From positions 6,805,545 to 6,869,544 of the forward strand of contig JBJCIZ010000239.1 of NCBI GenBank assembly GCA_051294375.1: a DNA stretch of 64,000 nucleotides. The letters run 5' to 3'. A program made the translations under genes and the position numbers. The notes beneath the pieces are model-generated. The model had not been told where the DNA came from. It worked only from the letters and a program-made list of their open reading frames with translations, and searched no databases. This DNA is from Paraspadella gotoi (lineage: Eukaryota; Animalia; Chaetognatha). Below, one piece after another: positions 52,551 through 64,000 of this stretch (position 1 is the stretch's first letter; each line of letters opens with the position of its first letter).

Positions 52551-53894
52551 TTACATCGGCAGCAACAGTAATAATCTTTTGGTCGCTGGATACAACAACA
52601 ACAACAATTTCTCGATCAATGATCTTTTTTCTCTTTTTTTTTTCCGGAGAATTAATTTGGAGAAGATTATTTTAATTTGCGGAACCAAAAAAAGACCCCA
52701 AAAAAACGCACTTGTTTTTTTGGTTTTCTTTATATTTTCTGTTTTTGTTTTTTGCCCTTTTTTTTAATGTACTGGAAGTGACTCTTCCTCTTCCTCCTCC
52801 TATTTCTTTTCTCATCCTCCTCTTCATCCTCATTCAACTTTATTCCACCAACAAATTTACTCATTGAATTTTGGCGAAAAAAAAATTTTTCTTTAGTTTT
52901 TTTTGTCGTCGTGGGTTTTTTTATTCTTTTTATCTTTTCTATCGATTGATATATTAATATTAATATAATTAATCTACATCGATTGATTTACAATACATAA
53001 TAATTTTTTTCCAACAAAAAAATTAAAAGATTTCAATCTGAGAGATTTTAAAAATTGATTAGTAAGGCGTAGTAAAATTTCTAAATTTAACTTTAATTAA
53101 AATTCTAAAAGTGAGGAACGAACAATATTATACTAATAAACATTTATGTAATAAAAAAATTTATAATAAATTTTACAATTTACGCAGTAGGCCATATTTA
53201 TACTAGTATTAAACCAATAAATGTTAAAATTTCATAACAGTTTTTTCTCAGATTTTTTTGCAGATTTGGATTCGTCATAAAAAGTTGATAAAAAGAAATA
53301 TAACTCTTTTTGAAAAATTTCTTCATTAAGTGGGTCAAAAATTTGAAAAAGCTATATTTTAAGCTGAGAATTAACTTTTTATATATTAAATATAGTTTTT
53401 TTAATTTTAACCCACTTAATGAAAGAATTTTTAAAAATGATTTATATTTTCTTTTATCAACTTTTGACGAGGAATTCAAATCTGCAATCAAAATTAAGAA
53501 AAGCCTATTATGAAATTTTTCGATTTTATAAGGATAGTACTATAGTACTATATATAAATATAGCCTACTGTGAAAATTAAAAAAAACATAAAATTAATTT
53601 TTTTACAAATTAATGTTCACTGATGGTATGTTGTTCATAATTGACTTTTAGAATTTTCGTATGTAACTTTCACTACGCCTTATTGATTAGCGGCACAAAA
53701 GTATTCAAATACTTTATGAAAATATTTAATGATGCTGCAGATACTGAAACGACGACGACGACGACGACGACGAAGACGACGACCACAAGCCACTGATAAT
53801 CCTCGTGCGTGGGTGGAAAATTCCCGCTGCGGTAAAACGGAAGATTTGAGATTGGAAGAAATATGATTGGAGAACTTGACGAATATCTTCATAT

Positions 53895-53996
<102 letters not shown>

Positions 53997-55323
53997 CAGA
54001 GAGAGAGAGAGCGAAAAAAGAAAGAAAGAATAAAAGTACGAAAGAGAGAGAGAGGGAGTAAGAAAGAGAGAGAGATAGAAATAGAGAGAGAGGGAGTCAG
54101 AAAGAGAGAGAGATAGAAAAAAAGAGAAAGAGGGAGTCAGAAAGAGAGAGAGATAAAAAAAGAGAGACGCTCCAAAAGAAAGAAAGAATGAAAAGAGGAA
54201 GAGTAAAAGGCATTAAATCTTACTTGGCTTCTTTTTAAGCGGATTTGTTTTTTTTTACTAAATACAATTTTATCGGAAACTCGAAAGGAAACGTAGCTTG
54301 CAATGGCCGCCTTAATAGTTTTAGATTAAGGAGAAAATTAAAATTTAAAAAAAAAAGGAATGCGTTGCCAACTGTTTTTTCTTCTTCCACTGATTAAAAA
54401 GTTAACAAAAATAAGAGGAAAAACAAAAGAAGCCAAAAGTTGAAAAAAAACCCCAAATAAACCGGCACTATTTTCTGAAAGCGCCTCATTTCTGCTCCTT
54501 TGAATTGATTTCATTATTTATCATTTTCTCTCTCTCTTTTTTTCTCTCTCACTCCGTCTCCCTCCCCCCTTTCTCTCTCTCTCTATCTTTCTACAGAACG
54601 TTTTTAATCCCGTATCGGTCGGCTTCCGTCTCTTCGCACGTCAATAGTTCATCACATATCAACAAAACTTAAAAAAATTGTTAAAAAACTTTAGTGGAAT
54701 GCATATAAGACAATTTAACTCTCGACACTTTTGAAACAATTCTCGTCTTCGCTTCGCAGGCGGTTTTGAACTTCCCTACTTTTATCTCTCTCTCTCCCTC
54801 TCCCTCTCTTTCATTCTCTCTCTCTAACCCTCGTCTTTACTGTCGCATGCATATTAAAAAAGAGCAATATATATAAATACATTTAAATCTATATTCGAGA
54901 AAACCTAGGTGCTATTCATAGGATTGAAACTATTTATCTATCTGTCGTATTTTTTTATACTACGAATCGAAGTACTTGTAAAAAAAAAGAAAAAAATAAC
55001 GAAACTACAAATACGTTAAAAAATTAATCGTTTTTTCCTCGCATTTAAAAAATATCAAAAAAAGGGGAAAAAAACCGCGTGAAAACAACATATGATATTA
55101 AACTGAACTCTTGTTTACAAAAATTAGGACAAAAACGTTTAAAAATTTTTATTTTTTAAAAATCATTTCACACAACCATTGTGTGTTTATGAAAAAAACT
55201 ACATCATGAATAAATAAAAAACCAAACCAAATTAAATTTAAAAAAATGAAACCTATTTAACAAAAAAAAATCTTAAAGTTTTAAAAAACTTGCCAAGTTT
55301 GCATAAAAGTTTATAAAAATAAT

Positions 55324-55654
55324 GGCTCTCCTTTTCAAAAGCGACCCATTTCTATTTCTTAATCATAAATTTTAACCTTAATAATCGACCCTATTCTATT
55401 ACAAATCTTATATCCCAATCTCTAACCTTTAATGTTAATTATAACTTAATCACTAAACTTAAACCTTAATCTCTAACCCAAATATTTAACCCTAATGCTT
55501 CACCTTCACCCTAATCCCAAACCCTAGTCATTAATCTAATCTTTAACCTAATCCCTAGCATTAATTTTTAACCCGATCTTCGAAACCTTAAAACTAACCT
55601 AAGATTTAAGATGAAATTAGAAAATGTAACAGGACGTTTTTGGAAAATGAGGCC
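55324..55654. mobile_element. MITE-like element with ~22 bp imperfect TIRs and a degenerate (CCCTAA/TAACCT) interior
   Basis: Ends are GGCTCTCCTTTTCAAAAGCGACC and GGACGTTTTTGGAAAATGAGGCC. The same end motif recurs at ~3875, 12388, 22510, 37665, 43735, 44100 and 61892, often beside CCTAA-rich tracts. Confidence 0.6.
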
Positions 55655-55701
55655 AAAATAATTTCTTGCCAAAAAAAAAACAAAAAAACAAAAAGGGGAT
55701 C

Positions 55702-56310
55702 ATGTTCGCCCAACTCCGTCGTCGTCGTCGTCGTCGTCGTCGCATTTTGTTTGTTTACGTTTTCGTTGTTTACATTTTCGTCGTCGTCGACGGAATCGGA
55801 GACGACGTTTCGCGCCGCAGGCCGTCGCTGCAGGATCCGCAGCAGCTTCCGTATCGACGCGCGGAGCCGCCTCATCGTTTGGCGGCGTCGAAAAAATGGA
55901 CTCGATCCGATTCGATCCCGGCGTCGTGGGAGGAGAGCGCCACGCCCTCTCCGCGCGAAACGACGCTACGTCAAACGACGCCCAGTCAAATGACGCCGCG
56001 TCAAACGACGCCTCATCGAACGATGCTGGGTCAAACTACGCCGCGCCAAAAGACGCCGTATCAAAAAACGCCGCGCAAAAAGACGCCGCTCAAAAATACG
56101 ACACGCCAAACGACTCCGCGTCGAACGACGGCGAGACAAATGACGCCGCTTCAAACGACGCCAAGTCAAAGGACGCCGCGTCAAACAGTACCGCGTCAGA
56201 AAAATTGGCGCGAGCGAAGGAATCAGCCTCAAACTGCGTCACTGAAAGAGGAGGAAAAAACTACGCCACGGAGAGGAGATTGGAGTGGCGGGGGAACTAG
56301 GACCGAAAAA
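55702..56310 (+). CDS. Putative first coding exon: Arg-rich N-terminus, hydrophobic signal/anchor segment, then Thr-Pro pentapeptide repeats
   Basis: Open frame MFAQLRRRRRRRRILFVYVFVVYIFVVV...(RQTTP)-like x~15 ending at a GTAAG donor (56311). No recognisable family. Confidence 0.45.
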
Positions 56311-56549
56311 GTAAGAAAGAAAGAAAGTAATAATTTGAGTAATAATTAGAGAATGAAAAAGAGACAGAATGTAGACAAAGAAAGAAATATGTATTTAGAG
56401 AAAAACGGGAAAGAATCAAAGAGAGAAATAAATAAATAAATAAAAAAAAGAAAGAAAAAAGAAAAATGTTTGAAATGGAAATTTGAGATTTTGCGATGGA
56501 ACGACAAAGTCACGAACAAAAAGAGTTTATTAGTCTTAGAAAGAACAAA

Positions 56550-56607
<58 letters not shown>

Positions 56608-57547
56608 GTAATTTGCATCCAAAAAGCAAAACAAATTCCTCCCCAAACTTCTTTCTTTATTTATTCTTTAATAATTCTTTAATAATTCTAATAATTCTGT
56701 AATAATTCTTTAATGATTCTTTAATAATTCTGTAATAAATCTGTAATAATTCTGTAATAATTCTTTAATAATTCTATTGAATAATTACTTTTTTTCCCCA
56801 AATTTTATATCTGACTCATATCTACAAGCAAAAAACCTTTACCAACACTTATCTTTACAAATCACTTTTCTTCTTGAATTTTAAATTTTAAATTTTAAAC
56901 GCACGTTATGAACTTCAGAAAACAGGGAATTTTATATTCAAAATCGTTGTTTTAACTATTATTTCTCTTAACTATTATTATTATTATTATTATTATTATC
57001 ATTATTATTATTATTAAAAATTTATTATTATTAATTATTAAAATTAATTAACCTGTCATTACTGTGAGAGTCTTGATTGTCGTCGTCGTCGTGTTTCTTT
57101 CATTATTAAAATCATGGAAATTAGTTCCTTAAAAATTACTACTATTCGATAAATGAAGAAAAATACGACAACAAAACTGTCGATTGCTTCTCCAAATGGC
57201 GCCAGAGGGCGAAACCTGATCCTTGTCGTCGTTGCTAACGTCTTCCTCGTCGTCGGCAAAATTTTCTGTTATCTTATAGTCGTCAACTTTGCGGGTATTA
57301 CGCCGTCCGAAAACTCTCTAAGAGTTGGCCCGCCTAATATCTCCAACTTAGTCGTTTAACTTCATTTTTTTCGTTTTCGTCGTCGTCGTCGTCTTTGGCG
57401 CAAAACATTTTCCCCTTCATCTTTCATCTTGTACAGAATCTGCCTCGACCATTGATGCCGGTTCATCGACGCCTGCGAAGGCAACGGCGGCGTTTGACTC
57501 TGACGACGAAGAAAAAAACACTTGACTAATGGCGAAAGCGATCCCCT

Positions 57548-57671
<124 letters not shown>

Positions 57672-58161
57672 ACGAAACTACATGAATGACACAAAACAGA
57701 ACAAAACAAAAACACATTTTTAAAGATTCGTTTGATTCGAGGGTTTTTACTTTCGCGGTCTGTCTGTCTGTCTGTCTGTCCGTCTGTCTAAAGTTTTAAA
57801 TGATCATAACTTGGGTGAAACTGAATACAGTTTATATTTGGTAAAGACCAATACAGTGCATAAATACTAAATTGACTTGTTCAGTTTATTACAATATAAA
57901 ATCAATAAAATTACATGAAATTTAAAACTTAAAAGAGTAAAACAAATAATTTTTCGATTTTCAAGATTATATATAGCTTAATTAATAAAAGATATGTTAG
58001 TACACCACATTCTGTATGTGCAATAAAAAAAAATTATACTTTGTAGTCAGGCACGCATTCAGAACTACGGTAACGTATAATATTAAATTCGGTAAAGTTT
58101 TTAGTTATTGTTTTTGATTCTATCATTTAAGGAAAAACTCATGCTATATTTTCGTTGCTTA

Positions 58162-59133
58162 CCATCTTGGAAAATGAATAAGTCGCCAAACTTCTTGATC
58201 ATTTTTAAACACTTTCCTAACATAATCGAAAGAAAAAAATTATATTTCCAGAAAGCTTGGCGATTTTCGATCAAATGGAGCCGGTTTATGTTAGATTATG
58301 ATTAAAATTACCGTCAGGGCAGAGGAAAGAAAAGAAGGAGATCGAAAAAAATTTGCTTTCTTTGGCGTATTTCAGATTTTAATAATTTTTTTCCTTCATT
58401 TTTTTAAATTTTAAACTGTATTTTTTTATTATGCCTCAACGTTGGCATTTTACAAGTGATCAACGTACATCTATAATTGAATTGCACAAAGCGAGTATCA
58501 AGAATACTTCCATATCTAAGCAGCTAAGAGTGAATCTTCGAAGTGTGCAGCGGCGTCGGCGAAGCATTGCATCCTAATTGCATATTGCAGATGGTTAAGC
58601 AGCAACCAAAGGTCATGGTGTTCGGTGCAATCTCTTCCCGTGCCAAGTCAAAGTTAATCTTCATTTCGGGACGCGTTGATGGCGCCAAATACAGAGAAAT
58701 TATGGAGGAAGCAAAGATAAAGGAATTCGTCCGAGGTGGAGTTTTTATGGAAGATAACGCCCCTCCGCATCGAGGCAAGGAGACAAAAGAGTGGCATCGC
58801 CGAAATGAGGTTAAACTTCTACCTGACTGGCCTGGGAACTCTCCGGATCTCAATCCGATCGAAAATGTTTGGTCAGAGATGAAAAATCGACTGAAAAACG
58901 AACGTCCAACATCTCTGCAAGCCATGAAACGACTTATCAAAAAAGTTTGGGATAACCTCTCCTTGGAATAACTGCAGTCGCTCTATGAGTCAATGCCGAA
59001 CAGAATAAATGAAGTTGTGAAGAGCAAGGGAGTTCACACTACATATTGATACCCATTTTTTCTGTTATATTTAAATTTTAATATACAATTAACTAACTTT
59101 AAAATTTGGCGACTTATTCATTTTCCAAGATGG
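58162..59133 (+). mobile_element. Internally deleted Tc1/mariner DNA transposon (972 bp)
   Basis: Perfect 29 bp TIRs CCATCTTGGAAAATGAATAAGTCGCCAAA, TA on both flanks, transposase remnant inside. Confidence 0.95.
58431..59049 (+). pseudogene. Tc1-like transposase pseudogene: N-terminal HTH fused out of frame to the C-terminal DDE half, with an in-frame TAA at 58969
   Basis: MPQRWHFTSDQRTSIIELHKA...ISKQLRVNLRSVQR, then VMVFGAIS...FMEDNAPPH...WPGNSPDLNPIENVW...SMPNRINEVVKSKGVHTTY*. Confidence 0.92.
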
Positions 59134-60482
59134 TATGTTCGTTTTTTATGATAATAAAAATAAATACGTTGTCTGCAAACAAAACCAATTTTTCTCAGAA
59201 AATAATGGTTAATTTAGAGTAATATTTGTTTGTAAAAAAACATAAGATGATTTTTCGGGTTATATTGCATAGTAATATAATATTTAGTAATATGGTCCTC
59301 TGAAAATGTTCACACACATGAAAGTTTCTGTGGGCGCAATCGTCGAACTTCACAGTTCTGGTTTTTTTGTTGTCCTCTCGAGATAATTGCCTCCTGAGAA
59401 TATATAAAGCCGCGCCGCAGACTTAAACGACAGGGACGCGTCCGCCGCCGCCGCCGCCGCCGCAGCCGCCGCCGCCGCAGCCGACGCCGCAAAACCTCGG
59501 AAATATAGCTCAGTGGCCAAAAAGGTTCCTCTCGAAGGCAATTAAAGAGAGACGGCGTCAACAACCATTGATGACGACGTCAAATACGCCATTGATTATT
59601 ATTAATTATCGTCACAACAACAACATCTGTGAGAAACGTGAGAAACGACGACGACATTTTTTATCACCTAAATGGCAGAGCCTTTTGTCGCTAACGTTAC
59701 TGTTCTCTCTGTCTGAACTTTATGTTTAAAGACTTCAGAATAAGAAAAAAACCGTCAGTCCAATCCTGAGTATTTTCGACACGCAATGAATATAAATATA
59801 GTTTTTGAAATTTATACAACCAATGTTATGATGTTTCTTTAAAAACAAAAGTCGGCGCGAGCAGATGATGTGATGCTTTTGCTTTTTAAGATGATCACGA
59901 AATTTCACAGGGATGACCTCACTTTCAAAACAAATATGAACATTTTTAACATAAGTGAGATAGACCGACGGACAGAAAAGCGACTTATTGAAAATAATTA
60001 TAAAGATAAAATGATTTTAATAATTATTAAATTAGTTATTTTTATAAGCAGAAAGAGNNNNNNNNNNNNNNNNNNNNNNNNNNNNNNNNNNNNNNNNNNN
60101 NNNNNNNNNNNNNNNNNNNNNNNNNNNNNNNNNNNNNNNNNNNNNNNNNNNNNNNNNNNNNNNNNNNNNNNNNNNNNNNNNNNNNNNNNNNNNNNNNNNN
60201 NNNNNNNNNNNNNNNNNNNNNNNNNNNNNNNNNNNNNNNNNNNNNNNNNNNNNNNNNNNNNNNNNNNNNNNNNNNNNNNNNNNNNNNNNNNNNNNNNNNN
60301 NNNNNNNNNNNNNNNNNNNNNNNNNNNNNNNNNNNNNNNNNNTGTCATCCCTAATTCGCCGTCACCCAACAAATTATCTCTTCCCTTAAATTTGACTTTC
60401 TTTGCTCTCAACTCTTAACCCCGGCGCGGGTGGGGGGAGAAAAAGAGGGAGGGAGAAAGAGAGATAGAGAGAGAGAGGGAAT

Positions 60483-60516
<34 letters not shown>

Positions 60517-61931
60517 NNNNNNNNNNNNNNNNNNNNNNNNNNNNNNNNNNNNNNNNNNNNNNNNNNNNNNNNNNNNNNNNNNNNNNNNNNNNNNNNNNNN
60601 NNNNNNNNNNNNNNNNNNNNNNNNNNNNNNNNNNNNNNNNNNNNNNNNNNNNNNNNNNNNNNNNNNNNNNNNNNNNNNNNNNNNNNNNNNNNNNNNNNNN
60701 NNNNNNNNNNNNNNNNNNNNNNNNNNNNNNNNNNNNNNNNNNNNNNNNNNNNNNNNNNNNNNNNNNNNNNNNNNNNNNNNNNNNNNNNNNNNNNNNNNNN
60801 NGAGAGAGAGAGAGAGAGATACAAGGGGGACTACTCAAAAATTCTACCAAAAAGCGTTTGACCCGAGAGTCAACTTCTTGAAAGGAAGAAGGAGAAATAT
60901 GAGGAGGAGGAAGAGGAAGAGGAGGAGGAGGAGGAAGAGGATAAGGAAGGAAAAAGATGGAATTATGAAATAATCTTCCTTCCGGATCTGGAAGACTGAG
61001 GACGCGATGTTATCGAGTGGATTCCGTCTTTCGGTCAAATAGAGATAAGAGGCGTCAGCAGAGATGAGCAGAGAGAGCGGGAGAGAGTGAGAGAGAGAGA
61101 TGAGGCGAGAGAGTGAGAGAGAGAGGAGAGAAGGAGGGAAAAGAGGGCGTGATAGAGAGAGGAGAAAAAGGATGAGAGAGCAGGGAAGGCTGAGAGAGAT
61201 GGCGCCGGAAATGAGGGAGAAGTGAGAGAGCAGAGGCACAGCGAGGGCGAGAGAGGAAGATATATAGCGGAGAGAGGGATGAGAGAGAGGCAGAGAGAGG
61301 GAAGAGAGTGGAGAGTAGATAGAAGCGAAAGAGTGGATGAGAGAGGAGAAGAGAGGGAGAGGGAGAGGGAGAGAGAAACAGAGAGAGAAAGGAAGAAAAA
61401 GAGAGAGAGGAAGAAAGAGAGAGAAAGCGAGAGAGAGAGAGAAAGAGTTAGAGAGAGAGAGAGAGTCAGAGAGACTAATTGATTTGTCGACGTAGTTCAT
61501 TTAGTTGTACGACAGAAGGATGAAAAAAGCTAATTACTTATTTGCACGAAAAGCTATTTTCGTCTAAACTGTAGTGCCGTGATTATCACTAGAAAATACT
61601 CATCATCAGTACTTGATTAGTACAATGAACAAACCTTTTCCCTAATATTTAACATATTTAACATATTTAACATATTTTTAAACTTTAATACTAATCCATA
61701 AGATTAATCCCAAACATTAACTCTGAAGCCAAATCTTTAATTTCTAACACTAATCCCCAACCTAAAATATAATCACTTACCAAACCCCTAACCTTCATCA
61801 CTAACCTATTCCCTAACCTTAACCCTAACGCAAAACTCCAACCTAATCTTTTATTTTAAAAAATTACTTAATCACAAATTTTAAATCAAATGGGGCGTTC
61901 TTGGAAAATAAGGCCAAACTTAAAATATTCA

Positions 61932-61995
61932 GATAGACGGAGAGACAGACAGACCGAAAAGTCGCTTAAATGTGAAGTGAGTCACGACTAAAAAG
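61932..61995 (+). mobile_element. Helentron/DINE-1-like non-autonomous element end ((GACA/GACC)n + AAAAGTCGCTTA...GACTAAAAA)
   Basis: Related ends at ~5462-5540, 28963-29035, 41080-41120 (minus) and 59960-59990. The family assignment is by architecture only. Confidence 0.45.
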
Positions 61996-62116
61996 ATTTG
62001 TCCGTCGGCGGCGAAAATCATATCCTCATTGAGGAACAAAAGATCAAAAGAAAAAAAGAGAAAGAAATTGGGAGAAAAATCGATGACAAAGACAATGACG
62101 ACGACGATAATGACAA

Positions 62117-62165
<49 letters not shown>

Positions 62166-62213
62166 TCGGTTTGCTGAAACCAATCGAATATCTGAAACAT
62201 TGAATCCGTGATC

Positions 62214-62400
62214 ATTGACAGGGAGTGAATAAACAAGACTGTGAGAAAATCTTGATTGAAAGCTTGCAGGGACCTGCTATGTCATTATCTTGTAAGAGGC
62301 ATTAAACCACCAAAGCCTGACCAAAGTCAGGGGCTAGATAGCGTATTTATTAAATGAATAGATAATTTTTATATAGACTATAGTCGTACTAATTTCATGC
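62214..62400 (+). mobile_element. Unclassified ~200 bp dispersed repeat (best copy)
   Basis: GGGAGTGAATAAACGAGACTGTGAGAG...CCACCAAAGCC...CCAAAGTCAGGGG...CCAATTTCAT recurs at ~60, 5690, 7935, 14755, 39030(-), 40070, 42262(-) and 48420. Confidence 0.8.
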
Positions 62401-62419
62401 AATATTATTTTATTCCCAG

Positions 62420-63013
62420 ACGGCTCCGTCGGCCGTTTCCTCGCCTTCTCCTCCTCTTCCTCGTTCACCTCCTCTTCCTCGTTCACTTCCTCTCTCCGAC
62501 GAATCTCTTTCACCGCGAGAACCGACGTCTTCACACCGAATCGCCGTCTACGAGGTGAGCAGGGGGGGAGGGTGAGAGGGCTCACGGGGTGATCTAGAAA
62601 AGTCACCGAGGATCGAAAATCAAAAATTGAAGAAGTGCGGTTGATTTGTTTACTTTAGTAGTTTAAAATTCATTAGCCATTTCTATTTGTTACTATACGA
62701 GGTCATGTCTTTAATGTCGTCATGTTGATAATGTTATTTTAATTTTGTATTTGATTTTAGTCTCATTTACTGTCATTTACTGAGGCAAAAAAAATTCTGC
62801 CACTAGTTATACACTGAAAGTAAAATAACTTTTCTCAATTTTTTAAAATTAGTTCATATTGAATAATATCTTAATCTCAATTCATTTTTTTTTACCGCGC
62901 AGACAATCGACTCGGCCTCGCGAGAAGAAATTTTCGTCAAAGAAGTTAAAGACAATCCGTTACGCGATTTGGTTCGGAAAATTGAAAAGTCGAACCGGGC
63001 CAAGCGGAGAAAG
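62420..63013 (+). CDS. Two putative internal exons (62420-62554, 62903-63013) of an unidentified gene
   Basis: Both are AG...GT bounded, phase 0-0, open and GC-richer than the flanks: ...SHRIAVYE|TIDSASREEIFVKEVKDNPLRDLVRKIEK. Confidence 0.4.
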
Positions 63014-64000
63014 GTGACCAAAAAATGAGCTATGGAGAGAGTAGGATATGTTCAATCGACTGCAGTCAAGGGACGCGCGTCAACAGTTACTCCTCAAGCA
63101 GCCGATTGAGTCGTTCTCATTCTGATTAGTTCCCTGCGTTGCGTCAGGAGACACATTGGCGCGCGCCGCGGAGCGGAGAGCCAGACGGCCCACAGCGCGA
63201 GCTGGCGAAGCGGAGGAGCACAGCACACACGAGAGCGACGCGAGCCGCCGCCGTCGAGGTATCGTCCGAGGTGGCGCGGGCAGACTAGGTACGGCTTCAT
63301 CTGCACACGACGAGCACAGAGAGTAGGACACGACAGGAATCTCAGTCTGAGATGTTTCGAGCTGAGATTGAAGAGAGAATAGTGAAAGAGACAGTGTTAG
63401 ACAAGAGCACACGAGATAATTTATACGAGAACACGAGAGGATAGAAGGATCAGAGGAGAGAGAGGAAGATCACGCAACTAATTAACCATAATAAACAGAA
63501 AAGAGAAGGAGAAACAGCTTACAATATATATCGTTGTTGAATAACGGAAATTTGGCAGATTTGGCGATTGGGAAAGAACCAAGTCAGAGAGTCAAAAAAG
63601 AGTTTATTAAGTCTAGAAAAGAAAACCAGAGTATTCGATATATTATTATGACTTATTCACTTGATATTTTAGCGATTATCTAATCAATTTTTATAATATG
63701 TATTATTATTTTAATTTCTAAATTACTTCTATATTATTAGATATGCCTTAATTTATTTTTTATTCACATTCATTTATTTTGCTAAATAATTTGAACAAAT
63801 TCCTTAATAACAAAATTATGCTTTCATTTTAATTAATCACACTTATTATCAGAAATGCTTATATAAAACTATTAAACTCCTCTATAACAATAAGTCTTGT
63901 GTGAGGAGAGAATTCTATGTACACATTGTACGAAACGAGAGATCGACGTTGCCGGTGCTTTTTTCAGTAAAAAAATAGATCATAAGAGAGTATTAATATA

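Noticed and set aside
53040-53520. Possible decayed LINE 3' end (YNLRSRP...FF...W wording)
   Set aside because: Too many stops and frameshifts, and too AT-rich to support without a profile search.
59400-59520. Protamine-like poly-Arg frame, and TAGCTCAGTGG as a tRNA A-box
   Set aside because: Explained by a (GCC)n microsatellite; there is no start codon context and no cloverleaf.

Overview
AT-rich eukaryotic DNA, most likely a draft invertebrate animal assembly. It has N-gaps, many (GA)n/(AAT)n/(AAAT)n microsatellites and frequent single-base indels that frameshift otherwise clear exons. Three spliced genes can be rebuilt by eye: (1) an NDRG-family alpha/beta-hydrolase-like gene (minus, 3397-10354); (2) a secreted cysteine-rich repeat protein ending in one VWA domain (minus, 18093-36189); (3) a TPR + SET-domain protein lacking the post-SET zinc ligands (plus, ~38380-49403). 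Mobile DNA includes a miniature LTR retrotransposon (TRIM) whose LTRs each hold a tRNA-Gly-like sequence (Helenus-like, 16312-16958). There is also an internally deleted Tc1-like transposon (58162-59133), several decayed minimal hammerhead-ribozyme motifs of the Penelope-like-element type, and MITE, HINE and SINE-like families. A ~4.2 kb-arm inverted repeat (28642-36996) and two direct duplications are probably assembly or read artefacts. No rRNA, CRISPR array or prokaryotic system is evident. All exon models are manual and unverified.
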